Source of the DNA: Callorhinchus milii
Lineage: Eukaryota
Assembly: GCF_018977255.1 (NCBI RefSeq)
Contig: NW_024704742.1
Coordinates: 109,618,001 to 109,682,000, forward strand
Length of the DNA stretch: 64,000 bases
Direction: 5' to 3'
Shown: positions 37,406-51,758 of the stretch, piece after piece
How positions within the stretch are numbered: position 1 is the stretch's first letter
Layout of the letters: every line of letters begins with the position of its first letter
Made by a program: the position numbers and the translations under genes
Notes under the pieces: model-generated
Seen by the model: the letters and a program-made list of their open reading frames with translations, nothing else
Told to the model about the DNA's origin: nothing
Database searches by the model: none

Positions 37406-38632
37406 AAGGGCTCATCAAAATACAGAAGGTAGAGCAGGGGAATATTCAGGTCTTTAAAAGTTTGATGGACATCACTGATGCAAAAGTAATAAACCTTGGA
37501 TTTAATATGGCATCCCTGCTGAAACCTACTTCTTTGACTCTGTCTTTGCTTATCTTCCTCCTAACCATCTTTTTCCCATCTTACTCGGGATCTTAAAGTA
37601 TCCATGTGAAGTGCCTCAGGACATTCCTTATGTGAAAGGAACAAATTGCAAAAACCCGGAAGCATTGACAAGGTACCTGTTTGGCATCCTGTCTTATAAT
37701 GCAAGTTGAAATTTACCAGTTCCCAACAACTGCTTTGTATTAGGGATCTCCTGTTTGTTAACAGGATTGGAAGATAGGAATAGCCTACCAACAAGATCAA
37801 TAAGGTGGAAAAAGTTTCAGCAGTGGGCAGGGATGGAGCAGGTGATCCTCATATAAAAAATATTCTGAAGTTTTGCTTGATTGACAAGAGTTCAGGGATC
37901 CTTTTAGTAATTTCTCTCAGGAGATAAGGTTAATTGTTGAGAAGTCCTCTGTAGAATAGGTTTTGTGTAAAATTTGGAGGGAGCAAGTCTTTTTGTGCCA
38001 AATTACTTTTTCTTATTCCATACTTTCTCATGGTCAGACAGGATTAGCCCGAGGGAAAACATTGGAAGAATGTTGGCAAACTCCCTCCCCCGACTCTGCG
38101 TCTTGTTCCACACTGTCAAGCGCTCTGGGACACTTGAGGGGCGCTATACAAATGCAAGTTGTTTTTGTTGACAACAGAGTAACACAGGAAGCAAATAATA
38201 ATAATAATAAAAAATCCTTGAAAACACAGCCTGCAAATACACTAATGGATTTGGGGTCCAGGCATTTGGGTTAGGGTTAAATTGGAATTGGGGATCACCA
38301 CCATGGCAGTCAATAATTATTGATAGATTTATCCATAATTTGAGTCAATATGATAATTATCATCAATGATGAGTATCTGTTTCACCACATACTTACAGCA
38401 AAGCATTATGCATTGATTGACACACATCTTGCTTTGAATATATGTTACCTTCTGTGTTGTGCCAACATTATGTAAACAGTAATATACTTCTGGTAAGAAA
38501 AATCAAATCTATATAATTTTTGAAATTTATGTAATCTCATGTGGTCACAATTCTACGTTAACTCCTTTCCCTAATTTATGATTCACTTGATATTTGGGAG
38601 ATCCGGAGCCACTCATTTTCCAGTGAAAGAGC

Positions 38633-38943
38633 TAATAATAATAATAATCCTTGCATTTGATATAGCACTTTGCATGTCTTCTAGACAACTCAAAGCACTT
38701 CACAGAATATACTGTAAAATGAATTGACTATATTTGTGGGCAAAACGCGGCAGCCATCGTGCACAGCAGTGTCCCACAAACTGACAATTGAGTGACCAAA
38801 TTGTTATTTTATTTATTTCCTTGAGCGATTATTATCAGGTATGTGGAGTAAGGAAACTTGCCCATGGTTTTGCCCTGCCGGGAGCCGAACCCAGGTCTCT
38901 TTCTTGCGAGACGAGTGCTCTAACCACTGAGCTACAGGACTCC
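38633..38943 (-). mobile_element. Full-length tRNA-derived SINE
   Basis: Reverse-complement head ...gctacaggactcc and a (TTA)n tail. Confidence 0.9.
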
Positions 38944-41900
38944 ACTGACACTGAAATAAAAGTATTTGGACTATTATGAGATCATAAGACTACACTTCAA
39001 GTTTATTAAAAATATAGGATAGAATAATTTATTAATTATCATGATTGAACTTGTAAAATGAATTACCTAATCAAATCATTTGTGAATTGAAATTTGGGAT
39101 TTTTATAACGAGGTACAATTTTCTATTTGCAGTTAGAAGAATTCGGTCTATACTGAAATATGATTCTTATTTTTTTCTAAGTTATTGGTAGTTTTAATCA
39201 GTAATCCAATAAACATTGTCAATTTTAGCCAAACAATATTTAACATATTTTAAGTGTAAAATCTACTATCCAGTAGCACTGGGTACACGCAGCATTTTAT
39301 GACCTGCATTCTTGGGCACATAATGTAATGTTTTTCTTAAAGTGGTGATGAAAGTACTTTCAATACATTGATTATTATTTTTAGCTGTATGGTGAAAGTA
39401 TGATATTATAATCAGTGGCCACTAAAAACAATACTGTTGTACTTTGGGATAACTTTGATACAAAAACAATTACCAGATGCCACAATACCATTATATCAGA
39501 AGGTTGTCACAAAATTACATGCATTTCACCAAGTTTCACAAAGTTGATACCGTTATGTTGGCTCTCACATGTGCTAATCTAGTCCTTACCTAATGACCAG
39601 TGGGGTAGTTGGCCATTGGTACACAGCATAATTTAGTAAGCCAGTTATTTTTGCACCTAAATCTTCCACAGGAAATGTAAAACCTAGTACATTTGTATGA
39701 GGAAACATTCATTTAAAATTCTAGGATCATGTTGTTACCATTAAAGTTTTTGATTCATTTATGAATGTTTCTATTAGTCTATTTGTGCTCTAGTTACCTT
39801 ATAGTCATCATTTGTTGCTTCTTAAATGTGTTCACATTGGAAATATTAGATTTGTAATCTTTGCTTTTAAGACTTTGATATAAAATATTCATCAAAGAGC
39901 TCCTTAATGAAACATATATTTTTACCATTTAAAAGAAAATTAGTGAGAAACCCATGTACTATTCATCTAATGCACATTGCCACAGCTAAACAGTTTATTT
40001 ACTTATTGGAACTATGGTACTGTTGTATGAAAATGCATTCTATATATTACAAAAGCAAACTGAATCTATTTCAATAAATTAACTGGGATGAGAATCTCAA
40101 CCCCCATTTTTTTTCTCTCAAAGGTTCAAATACATTGAAATGAAATGCACCAAGATTCTTTACTTGAAATCCAAATGAGACTCTTTTTTGGCTTCCAGCC
40201 TTGACAGTCCCTTTCATAAATGCTGTTTGTGCGCAGACCAACTAAAATGCCTCTTTTGTGAGATTCACAAGAGACAGCATAATACCAAGAACAACGAAGG
40301 TGTCAAAACACAAAGTTAGTGGCAATCTAATCAATGCCTTGAAACCCATCCTTTGACTACCCTGCTCATTTCCACTATTTAATTACAAAGCTTATCTTAG
40401 GAAGAGCTGTTATTTAATATTTTTCAATGTCATTCATTATAATATCATTTGTAGCTTTTGAGAGTGTTTTAGGGCTCATTAGATGGAAAATTAGTTTGGC
40501 TGCCGATGGACCCACGTAGGTCCCAAAATGAGAAATATAGACGTGTAGGCATACTTCCAAAACAAAATTGTGCCACAAGGTTATATCTTTAGTCTCCTAG
40601 CACTCATAAGCCGAATTTTCTTTGCTGAACTAATATTTAGTCAGCGGGGTTCCAAAAGACAACTGCACTAATACTACTAGATTACTCCTACAAGATTACC
40701 CTCAACCCTGCTGTAACTTAATATAATGAAAGTTTGAAACTGCACAGCATCCATCCTGATTATTTTATTTGGAGTAAGCCCTGTTTCATTATTATTTTAT
40801 TTATACTTAGATTTTTACCCCTGCCAACAAGTTTCACATCTGTTCCTTGAGCTGAGAAGCTCAGAGCCTGCCTACAGTGCAGAAACAAATTTGTTCATCG
40901 AGAATATATTGGGAGTTCTGCTGAACTGGGACTGGGTGTGACACTTTTTCCTCTTCCAGGGAGGAGTTGAAATGTTTCACTGTCCAACAGCCTTCCGTCT
41001 GTCAGCCGTTGAAACTCAGAACCACCTGGTTGAAAAGTGAATTGATCCTGCCATTCAGTAACTAGACTGGTCTTGTTTATTTGTATTAAAAAATATATTT
41101 TAAAAGTTCTTTGTATAAATATAGAATTGTAATTGGATTTCTTTTAAATTGTATTACAAGTTTCTTGTTTAATAGATTAACCTTGCGGGCTAAATTTTAT
41201 TCCTTAATGGTGTAACACAGTGCCTATGCTGACGCACAGTGCCTCAAGCAGTTTCATCTATTCTAATAAATAGTCATAGCCAAATATTAATGAAGTAGCA
41301 CCAGACGTTTGCGTCAGCATTTGAGAATTATAGAGGAATGTCAGGAAGAAAAAATTATTTACATGACATTGCAAATAATATTGGTAATAGATGCACAAGG
41401 AAAGAAGAGACTATTACGTGGGACAACACCTTTAAACCATTACTTTGGCAGCTCCAGGGAAACTTATTAAGTCAATTTCTTCCGTTCCATCACACATATA
41501 CAAACTGCAAAACTGATCTGTTGCAGCAAACAGAGAAGGAAACTAGAATATTATTTTGTTGCATACAGCTCATTTGCACCGTGACATGAACCAAATGCAT
41601 TTTTGCCACAATGCAATTGTTATTACATTTGCTCAAAAAGTATACCAAAGGGGCAGGATTAAATCCATTTATATATTCCAATTATGCTAGGCTTTGAAAT
41701 GGCACCAACTATAGTATATTCCAGTGGCGTTGTTAGATTAGACATGCTGTCGACTATATTGACAGAGAGTAGCCAGATGGAAGTCATGTTCTATTATGGC
41801 TGTGTTACATTTTAAAATTGGGCATTGAGTTCTTATTGTACATTTCAAAATATTCTATTTATTTTGCATACTGAATGAATTATCTATGAATGGTCAATAT

Positions 41901-42120
41901 TGTATAATTTACCTTTTTCAATCTTTTCCTCAATCCCCCACTCTTGATATAGCCCTAACCATATGTTTTCCTCCATTTATGGAGGAAGTGCTGAGCTTGT
42001 GGTGTTTCTTCCCAATGGCATGGTTAAAATAGGAAATTAGTACAACAGGCTGATAGGCTAAATGGTCTACTCCAGTTCCAGTATTCTGAAATTACCACAT
42101 GGTGAAATATAGACGTATAT

Positions 42121-42478
42121 GTTAGATTGGCTCAGTTCGTAGCAATCTCGGTTCTGAGTCAGAAGGTTGAAGGTTCAAGGCCAATGTTTGGACTTTGAAT
42201 TACCATAGTCTTCGCTGACACTCCAGTGCACTGTTGGGGTTGTGCTACATTATTGTGCAGGTACTGTCCTTCAAAAGACACATTAAACCAAATTCCCATC
42301 TGTCCGCTCAGATCCACGTTATTGATCCCATGGCACTATTCGAAAAAAGAAAGAAGTTTCTCCCAATGTCCTGGTCGATATCCCCCCAAATAAAATTCAT
42401 CATTCACTTCATGGCTGTTAGTGAGGCTGTGCATGACTGTGCACAAATGGGCTGATGTGTTTCCTACAAGTGTACTGT
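42121..42478 (+). mobile_element. SacSINE1-like DeuSINE
   Basis: tggctcagtt...ctgagtcagaagg..ggttcaag head and gatcccatggcactattcgaa core. Confidence 0.75.
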
Positions 42479-42479
42479 A

Positions 42480-42637
42480 CGACTGTTTGTGAGACACTGT
42501 TGTGCGCAATTGGCTGCCACGTTATGCCCACAAAAAAATACAGTCAATTCACTTTACAGTATATTCTGTTTAGCACTTTGGGACGTCTTGAAAATGTGAT
42601 GGGGTGCTATATCAAAATGCAAGGATTATTATTATTA
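42480..42637 (+). mobile_element. 5'-truncated young SINE at the 3' end of the DeuSINE
   Basis: cgactgtttgtgagacactgttgtgcgcaattggctgcc...aaggattattatt. Repeats the core just upstream. Confidence 0.75.
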
Positions 42638-44089
42638 TATATGGACAGGTTATAACATAATTTGTAAGAGTGTGCACACTAAATGAGTAAATGAAAATTA
42701 TATTTAGGAGGATAAACAGTTGATCATGTACTCCTTTGAAAAGATCTAAAAATACATTTTTTTTCATTCATTCAAACTGCAAACTATAGAAAGACTGAGG
42801 TAAAATATAGGAACAGTATAAGACATTTAGGTCCATCAAGTCTGTTCTATTTTTAATTGATCAGCCTTTTCAATTTTAATTTCTATTGATCAACTTTCCT
42901 TCTCAACCTTTTTTGAACCCTTTCTGTCCCCATACACACATGTAGTTTCTTCTTGAACCTATTTATACTAAATGCTTCAATCACACTGGGCGAAGTACAC
43001 AATCTTGCCCTGCTGCACTCTGGAAATTCTTTTTGCCCATTATAAGCAATTATATTTGCTGCCAGTCTATTTTTCAGTTTGTTTCATTCCTGTAAACAAT
43101 TTCAAATCTTCTCCTGTTGTATTATAGGAAAAAATTGTATAACATTTGTGCAAGCCACTTCAGTTTAATTTGTTGTTTTCCCATGCTGGGGAAGTAGCAT
43201 GTATTGAGGAGCATTTTATGTAGATGGTGAAGATTATTAATCTTGCCAACTCTTCTTTGGGAAGTAGGTCAGATTCAACTTATTATGAAACAGAAGTCAT
43301 AAAATTAGGTAGTAATCTCATTCTCCTCAGGCTACTTCTTTGTAGAGTGAGATCACCAGAGAAAGTCAGAAGCCATCCACTTCCAGGGATATGGTTTGGC
43401 GATTTAAAAAAAATAGCTTGTGGACCAAGACCAAATGTAATTTGTTGTGGTTGCTTGACAATTCAAGGTGCTTCATTAGGTGCTCCTGTACACCAAATTG
43501 GTCTGAAAATATTTGGCCTCAGATATCCCATCTTGTATTCCTTTCACTTGATATATTCTTTCTGTGGAGGTTCAAGTATGATATGGAATATTATTTGGTT
43601 GATCTGTGATTTGATCTCCCGATTAAAGTTCAATTACCATACTCAAATTTACTACCCTTTTCCTTACTGATTCATCCTGGTTTGCAGCTATTTTTGTCAT
43701 GCTTATAGTTTTTCAGTGGATGTGGGGTAGATCATGTGATTTCCTCAATACAGTTTCTTAAAAAAAGTGCAGAAATTTGAAGATTGGGTTATTAGTGTTT
43801 TTTTGTTTTGTCACTTTGTTCAAGTGAGATGGGGCTTTGTTTTGTTCCTCCTAAATTCTTTTTTTCCTATGAACATATAAGGAATTATGCCATACCAATG
43901 TGAAACTGCACTAGAAATAATTTGAATTATGTTTTGAATATTTATTCAGTGACATGAAATGGTGCTTCATTGTGCCAAATGGAATCAGCAAAAATGGTAT
44001 CCAGAGTCCCAGTACCTTGGATTTAGGTCAAACTGTGTCTTGAAACTCAAAGTTATCCTAGTAAATAGAGCACATTGTTCACATCTTTC

Positions 44090-44173
44090 ACCCATAAAGT
44101 ATATTCTGTAAAGCGCTTTGAGATGTTTAGAAGACGTGAAAAGCACTTTATTAAATGCAAGGATTATTATTAT
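44090..44173 (+). mobile_element. SINE tail fragment
   Basis: agtatattctgtaaagcgctttgagat...aaatgcaaggattattatt. Confidence 0.75.
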
Positions 44174-44257
44174 CTTTGATTTGTATTTAAACCTTCATAT
44201 TCTTATGTTGCACATCAGACATCTGTGTTCTGTTCATCAATATACTTGAAATATAAT

Positions 44258-44710
44258 ATAGAATCAGAGAAATTTACAGCACACACAACCATTGTGTCTG
44301 TGATGACTCTTTTAAGAGCAGTCCTTTCAGTTTAATTTACGTGACCTTTCCCTATAACCTTGTAGTTTACTCCTTTTAGATATTTATCTAGTTCCCTTCT
44401 GAAAACTAATATAGATGCTGCGACAACCACTGCTGCATACAGGGCATTCTATATTCTAACTACTCTGTGCGTGAAAAAAATTCACTTAACTCCCCCCATT
44501 TGCTAACTATCTTGGTTAGTCACTGACTCGCCAACAAGTGGAAATAATTTCTCCCTATTGACTCTATCAAAACCACTCATCATTTTTTTTAAAAATCAGG
44601 TCACCCAACAACCTTCCTCCAATCTACTCAACGGCCAAACCACTCACCCCTGGTATCATCCTAGTAAATCTCCACAGCATCTGCTCTATTGCCTTGACGT
44701 GTTTGCTTCA
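44258..44710 (-). mobile_element. CR1 3' fragment
   Basis: Collinear with the 45066-45870 CR1 copy. Confidence 0.7.
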
Positions 44711-45065
44711 AGTATTCTACACCTATTTTAGGACTAGTTTTTTTTGTGTGAGTGACTTCTCACTGACTATCAATCTGCTGTAATAGTGACTTCAGCTGTT
44801 CTTATTTAATGATGATTTTTAGTGGGCTGCATCAGAATCCCATATGTGTAGCAACCAGAGACCCAACTACCTAATTTACAGGTAAACAAACAGGCTTTCA
44901 TCCAGGTGTTGGAAATAAATTTTTAATATGAGCATTTAAATATTATGAAAACTGTTATAGTCTATGCCACACCTGCAAAGTATGGAGTTAAAATTGCGAA
45001 GACTGACATTTGGGTAACTGATATTTTGATTTTTCAGTATCATGCTTGTTGGATTTGTAATTGTC

Positions 45066-45870
45066 ATACATAGAATTATACAGCACAGAAGGAGGCCATT
45101 CGACCCATCGTGTCTGTACCTGCTCTTTGAAAAGAGCTATCCAAATCAATTCCACTCCCCTGCTCTCTCCCCATAGGTCTGCAAACTTGTCCACCTCAAA
45201 TAATTATCGACTTCTCTCTTAAAAATTGTTATCGAATCATTTTCCACGACCCTTAGAATCCTGTAGTTCAGTGGTTAGAGCATTCACCTCTCAAGCGAGA
45301 GACCTGGGTTCGATTCCCAGCAGGGCAAAACCTTGGGCAAATTTCCTTACTCCACACGCCTGATAATAATCCCTCAAGAAAAAAAACAATCATAAATTGG
45401 TCACTTCAATCCATGATTGTTTGTGGGACACTGTTGTGCGCAATTGTCTGCTGGGTTTCACCCACAAATATACAGTCAATTCACTTTACAGTATATTCTG
45501 TGACGTGCTTTGAGATGTCCAGAAGACGTGAAAAGCGCTATATCAATTGCAAGGATTATTATTCTCCTCACCTCCCCGCTGTTTCTTTTAACAACTATTT
45601 TAAATTGGTGTCCTCGGGTTACCAACCCACCAGCCAGTGGAAATAGTTTCTCCCTGTTCACCCTATCAAATCCCATCATAATTTTGAAAACTTCTATAAA
45701 CTCTCCTCGTAACCTTCTCTGCTCCAAGGAGAATAATCCTAGCTTCTCTAGCTTCTCCTGATAATTGAAATCTGTCATTCCTGGTACTATCCTGCTAAAT
45801 CTCCTTTGCACCTTCTTCAATGCCTTGACATCCTTTCTAAAGTATGGTGCCCAGAATTATGTACTAAGTT
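45066..45870 (-). mobile_element. CR1 3' fragment interrupted by a SINE
   Basis: ORF KVQRRFSRIVPGM...LGLFSLEQRRLRGEFIEVFKIM...TRGH, with the CR1 3' UTR at 45066-45254. Confidence 0.9.
45255..45563 (+). mobile_element. Full-length SINE nested in CR1
   Basis: B box GGTTCGATTCC, family core and tail. Confidence 0.9.
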
Positions 45871-46096
45871 AAGAACTAAGGGCTATTTAGCTTATCAGTG
45901 CTGCGATGCTACAAACCATTCCAAGTCACTATGCAGTAGCACTTCCCTTAATCCCACTTCCACCTTGCCCTATCCATTACTATGTCTAGTTCCCAAGTTC
46001 GGGGTGGCTTTATCAGAAAGTGCCCCAATGGCCCCATGCTATACCAGATGTGCGGTTTGCCCAGCTTCTGGCATTGACTCTCCAGCTACTGGTCCT

Positions 46097-46097
46097 N
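46097..46097. other. Ambiguous base (n), possible assembly join
   Basis: Single n in the sequence. Confidence 0.9.
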
Positions 46098-48639
46098 AAA
46101 AAAAGGTTGACATCTGGGTTGTCACATCATAACTGATATCACCTTCTGTGCTCTGCGCATACATGATTCTGCATGAACCACTGGTGCCATTAGTTTGTAA
46201 AAGGAAGTGATGTCAACAGGACTTTTTGCTCCTATATCCATATCTGGGTATCTCAATCTCAGAAATGTAGGTCTACTGTCAAACATTACTTTCATTGTTG
46301 CATTAATTGTAATCTGATTTGTGGATATTGAAGCGTTAGATTCTGCTTAGAATTATTTGTTACAAACAAAGAATCTTAACTCAGCAAAGTCTGAAAAAGG
46401 CTGGTATTGGCCACCTATTTTACTTGGTGGTCTTTTTGGGACTTTTCTGGGGTGGAGTGTCACTGGAAATCTTGTAATTTGTTTTGAGTGTCACTGTTAA
46501 TCTTGTAATTCACAAACTGGAAGTCATAAGCATAGCAAAAAAAAACAATTTTCGCCCCCAATTAGTTCTAATTTATTTAATTCCCATTTTCAAATCTAGA
46601 GTGCAAATGAAAATATAGTGTTATCTGTGTAACTGTATTACAAACTACTTTAGTTTTAAAACTCCATATCCATACTTAGCTTGTTTTTGGTAATTCCTCA
46701 TGTTTTCTGTGAGAATCCACTTGCATTACTCAAATTAAATACTGAAGTAATAGTTGTCTGAGGGTGCCAAATGGCTGTACTACAAGTGAGAATCTCAGTT
46801 GAGGTGATAAAGCACAAGAGTGAAGCTTAACTGGTTTATGATTTCATTTTGAACCCTGATTTTTTTACAGCCTTTTTATCACATGAATTCACTCATTGCT
46901 TCACTGTTTGAACTGCTGGGAAAAATGTGCGAGTCATGTTATGTTTTGTTAGCAATTTTTGAACCTATCAATTTTCAGTGGAAGCATATAAAATTGAGCC
47001 AACTTACCGTTTTTCTTCAAACAAGATGTTAGTAAACCAAATACTCACACTTTTTATTAAGAAAAGCTAACAATATCTTTGTAGGGGTTGGAACTGGAGA
47101 GACCATTGAGCACTGGTTTGAGAAAGTCAAGTCTGAAGGTGACAAAGGGGTGGATGAGACTTTCGGCTGTGTTGGGGATGAGACAGTAGTGGAAATAGAC
47201 GTCAGCAGGGTTTGAATGAGAGATTTGAAAGATAATTCAAGGTTAAAATAAAATGACGCATAAGCTCCATGAATTGGAGGGAACAACCAGGCATGTCAAT
47301 GCCTGAGGTGAGGGGGTGCTGTTGGAACTTGAGCAGATAGCCCCAGTTTTGTTGATGTTGACTTGGAGGATGTTATGACAAGCCCCTTCCTGCAACACTC
47401 CTGTTTTCAATCCCAAAGGCCTTGATGCTGGATCAGTGCAGTTGACTTTATGGATTGTGGCTTTGGAATGCATATTCATGGAATAACAGTTTTACTCTCG
47501 ATATTTTGTTTACTGAAAAGCTGTAATCTTGCTGCTAATTGGCAGTTAAAACCCATGATCTGGAAGTTGATTTTATGACCCAGTTTCACATACATGTTGG
47601 GGGAGGGTCTGCCTCCAAAATAACTGGGCAACACATAATTTATCTCACATATTAAACTTGTGTCTCAGTACCACTGTTCCTATATTGGATCCCAACACCT
47701 CATACAGCGGACATCATAATAGAGGAAATGTTTGTGAGGGAAATGCTAGAAGTCAAGGTGTTGAAGTTTGGAGTGTGCCTTAGAGCACCCTATTTTCAGA
47801 TTTCTCAATTGCATTATAATAATATAATCATCATACAAAACTGTATCATAGAACTTGAAATGACAACATTTGAGCAAAACAGTTGTGCATTGTAATACTC
47901 AAATGGATATGTATGTATTTATACTGACAATGTCATCTGCTCTCCTCAGTAAACAAAACCAATGTGTATACTGTATCTGCTAAAGCAGTTACACAGTGTA
48001 CCAGAGAGTGAACTATCATCATCCCTACCTCCAGCAAGCACCACCAGATGCATATACTGTGGGATTTTTTTAAATCCTTGGATTTGATATGATACCTTTC
48101 ACCTCAGGAAAGCATCTGAAAGCCCTGGATTTTAGCATAAAGTGTAGTGACTGCATTGTGTAGGCGAACACAACAGTAAATTTGGACAAAGTAATGTCCT
48201 ACTATGAAGTAAATTTCTTATCTGGGGGATTGTTGGCCAGGTCACAAGAGTAGCAGTGATGGGGGTAATCAGAAGTCTGGCTTGAAGCAGATTAACTTCA
48301 AGATCCTTGGCCTGACCTTCAAAAACCCTTCACAATCATGGCCAAGCTTACCTGTGCAGTCTATTTTTGCCTTTTTTCTCCTATTCATATTTCTGTTCCA
48401 GCAACTGTGATGTACTATGGCAGCTGAATAGGACCAAAAATAGCTTCTATGCACAAGACAAAGTCAGAACTGGCACTATTGTCCAACTAGCCTCCTGTTT
48501 TGTAAAGTTCTATGGCTGTGGTCTACTCCTTGTTCTTATTCCCTCTGTCCCACCATCAGAGGCCAAGTCTCTAGGACTCCCTATAATGTAGTTAATTAAG
48601 ACTTTCAAAATGTTTTGGACAAATTCTATGCACAAGACT

Positions 48640-49990
48640 ACAACAACAACAACTTGGATTTATATAGCGTCCTCCACACCGGTCGGCGTCTCAGAGCGCT
48701 TCACAGTAAAGCATTCTGGGGCCGAGCCAGCGGGAGTGGGAGGAAGGTGACCAAAGGCGCAGTTGAAAAGAAAGATCTTCAGCCGAGACCTGAAAATAGG
48801 AAGAGAGGAGGTGAGGCGAAGGGAGTAAAGAAGGGAGTTCCAGATCCTCGGGGTATAGTGGCCGAAGGCACGGCTGCCGATAGGGGAGTGGAGGACTCGG
48901 GGGGACAAGGAGGAGGCCAGACCTGGTGGAACGAAGGCAACGGGCACTGTTTTGAGGAGAGAGGTCAGAGAGGTAGGGGGGTGCAGAGGAGTGGAGGGAT
49001 TTGAAGACAAGGGTGAGGATCTTGAAGTCGATCCTCTCTGCGACAGGTAGCCAGTGCAGTCTGGCAGGACTGGGGTAATCGGGGAGCGGAGTTTGGTGCG
49101 GGTAAGAATGCGGGCAGCAGAGTTTTGGATGGCCTTGATTTTATGGATGGTAGTGGAGGGGAGACCGTCGAGGAGGGCATTTGAATAGTCCAGCCGAGAA
49201 GTGACAAAGGCATGGACCAGGGTTTCAGGCACTTTTGGAGTGAGGTATTGGCGGAGATGGGCAATGCATCGGAAGTGGAAGAAAGCGGTCCTGGTGAGGG
49301 ACCGGATGTGGGGGAGGAAGGATAATTGGGGGTTGAACCTGAACGCCTAGGTTGCGTACGGGTTCGGAGAGTTTTAGGTGGAAGTCGGGTAGGTGGAGGA
49401 GGTGAGAACTGTGTGATTTTAGACATTGACGAGAGCCAAAGAGTATGGCTTCCGTCTTGTCAACGCTCAGCTGAAGGAAATTTGCGCTCATCCAGCTCCT
49501 GAGCGCCTTGGGACGTCCTCCCGACGTGAAAGGCGCTCAATAAATGGAATCTTGTTGTTGTTGTTGAGGTCTGGCAGGCAAGATGACAGAACATCAGGGG
49601 ACTGGGGGTCGCAAAGTGAGGTGGAAGAATAGAGTTGGGTGTCGTCCTCATACATGTGGAAGTGTACCCCATGTCTGCAGATGACATCCCCAAGAGGGAG
49701 CATGTAGATCAGAAAGAGGAGGGGGTCAAGGATGGATCCTTGGGGTACCCCGCAGATGACCGGGTGAGAGCGGGGGGAAAAGCCATTTTTGCAGATGTAC
49801 TGCTGGCGGTTTGTGAGGTAGGAGTCGAACCAGGCGAGTGTGGTTCCACTGAGGTGGATGACGGAGGAAATGCGGTGGAGGAGGATGGAGTGATCAACTG
49901 TGTCGAAAGCGGCGGAGAGGTCCAGGAGGACAAGGAGACAAAGGGAGCCCTGGTCACAGATAGAGAGGATGTCATTTGTGACTTTCACAA
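48640..49990 (-). mobile_element. 5'-truncated L2 LINE of a distinct subfamily
   Basis: LDLSAAFDTVDH, GVPQGSILDPLLF, YEDD (mutated YADD) and TSRLDYSN. Different 3' UTR with a (TTG)n tail. Confidence 0.95.
49502..49566 (+). mobile_element. Minimal (~65 nt) young-L2 3' end insertion nested antisense in the older L2
   Basis: Removing it restores the host frame CLPDLRSWMSANFLQL. Confidence 0.85.
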
Positions 49991-51758
49991 GTGGTCTTCT
50001 CTGTGCTGTGGGCTACTTACCGTTCCTTAGAGCGTTGCATGTTTATTTCAAGTACAATCTCATTCTAGATAATTCCCTGATTTATGGTGTATTTGGGGTA
50101 ATAGTTGTGCTGGAAGATTACAGAAGGACTCTAGAATCTGATCTGTGTTTTGTTTGTCAGAAAAATGGGGTTTAGTTTCAATTATTCCATCCTTGGCATC
50201 ATGACTCGCTGGAACGTGAACATGATGAAAGAAAAAATAAAATAATTTCCTTCAAATTAAGTTTAGGGGAACATCATTTTAATATCTTAAATATGAAATT
50301 GAGTGAATTGCAATTATCCCAAGCTACTTATTTTCATGAATCAGTTGCTTTACATAACAAATTATATTCAGGTCACACTGCTTTAAAGAACTCCCACAGT
50401 TTCAGTTGTAATCCAAACTAAATAAATTCCATATTAAAATCAATGTTTTTCCTGTTTAATTAGAACAGGACAACCCCATGACACCTGTGTCTCCTTTATT
50501 AATGGAAATGGCTTACATTCATTCTATATTTTTAATGTTCATATCTATAGCTATTCATGCTCGTTGATTCTGTCTGCTTCATCATTTCATTTATCACATT
50601 TTGTTTTTATTCTTTTGCCAAATGTCTTGCCTGTTCTTCTCTCCAGAGGGCCATACTTTATGTATGAGCTTTGAAAGTTAGTTTTGACAGGCTATTTGAC
50701 CGTAGGAGACATAAGAACCAAGACTGATCCTGTCTTCTCCAATCGTCTCAATCTCCATGCATATGTACTTTCCAGGAAAAGTCCCTCGATAACAATCAGG
50801 AATAGATATCCTAGATGATTTTTCTCCTTCCAACCAGGAGATGCTGTAGCCAACTGTAGCTCCAACTGTTGCCATGGTTCAAGTGTATTTCAGCACTGCA
50901 ACCTTTTGCAGCAATCAAACCTGCATCCTATTGGTCTGGATGGCTAAGTGCTTGGCTGGGTTGTTCCTTTGTTTTATGTACCATTAATGTGCAGGGAAGG
51001 GGAATGCTTTTATGGATACTGTAATTGCTATTGTTCAAACGGTAAATCTTTCAACATTGCCAAAGATACTTGCTTGTATAACTAACTGATTGTACTTGTT
51101 ACCGAATTAGTTTTCTTTGATACCGTTGGTATTTAAAATAGAGAGAAGCCTTCCTCGGCCATCATGGAAACTAACGTCATACACTTATAGGCCAACCTTT
51201 CTTTTTGAAAGGCAGCAATAGATAGTAAACCTGCCTGTTTACCTACTTAGAATATTTTGTCTAACTCAGTAGCTAAGATTAAAATGACCCCTGAAAGTGT
51301 TAGCAGTAAGCAGAGGACAGGAAGGCTAGTCAAGCACACTGGGACATTTTTTTTAGTTGCAGCCTTCTCCCAATTTTCCCATTGAGAAAGGCTGCCTAGT
51401 GTATTGGAGATGGAACAAGACTTTTTTAAATAATAGTACTCAGTGGTGTGTCAAAAAGATCACTATTAGCCTAATCTTTGCTGACATTGAAAAAAAATGA
51501 AAATTGGAAGTTAGGTAGCAATTGCACTCACTACTCCAATTAAAATATTTCACATCTTTGGTACTTAAATATTGCCAGCAGCAAAATCATTTTTCCTGAC
51601 AGTTGGCATTTTGACCAGACCAAGAATCAATTGCAAATCATGCAACACATTTACCACCAACAGAAATATCCAGGTCAGAGACTCCCTAGACAACCAACAG
51701 AACATATGCTTTGAATCTTATCTCTCCCAAGGGCAACTTACAATGTGGATGCTTGCCT

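Noticed and set aside
43224..43670. 148-aa ORF
   Set aside because: No recognisable homology or splice support. Probably a chance ORF or degraded repeat.
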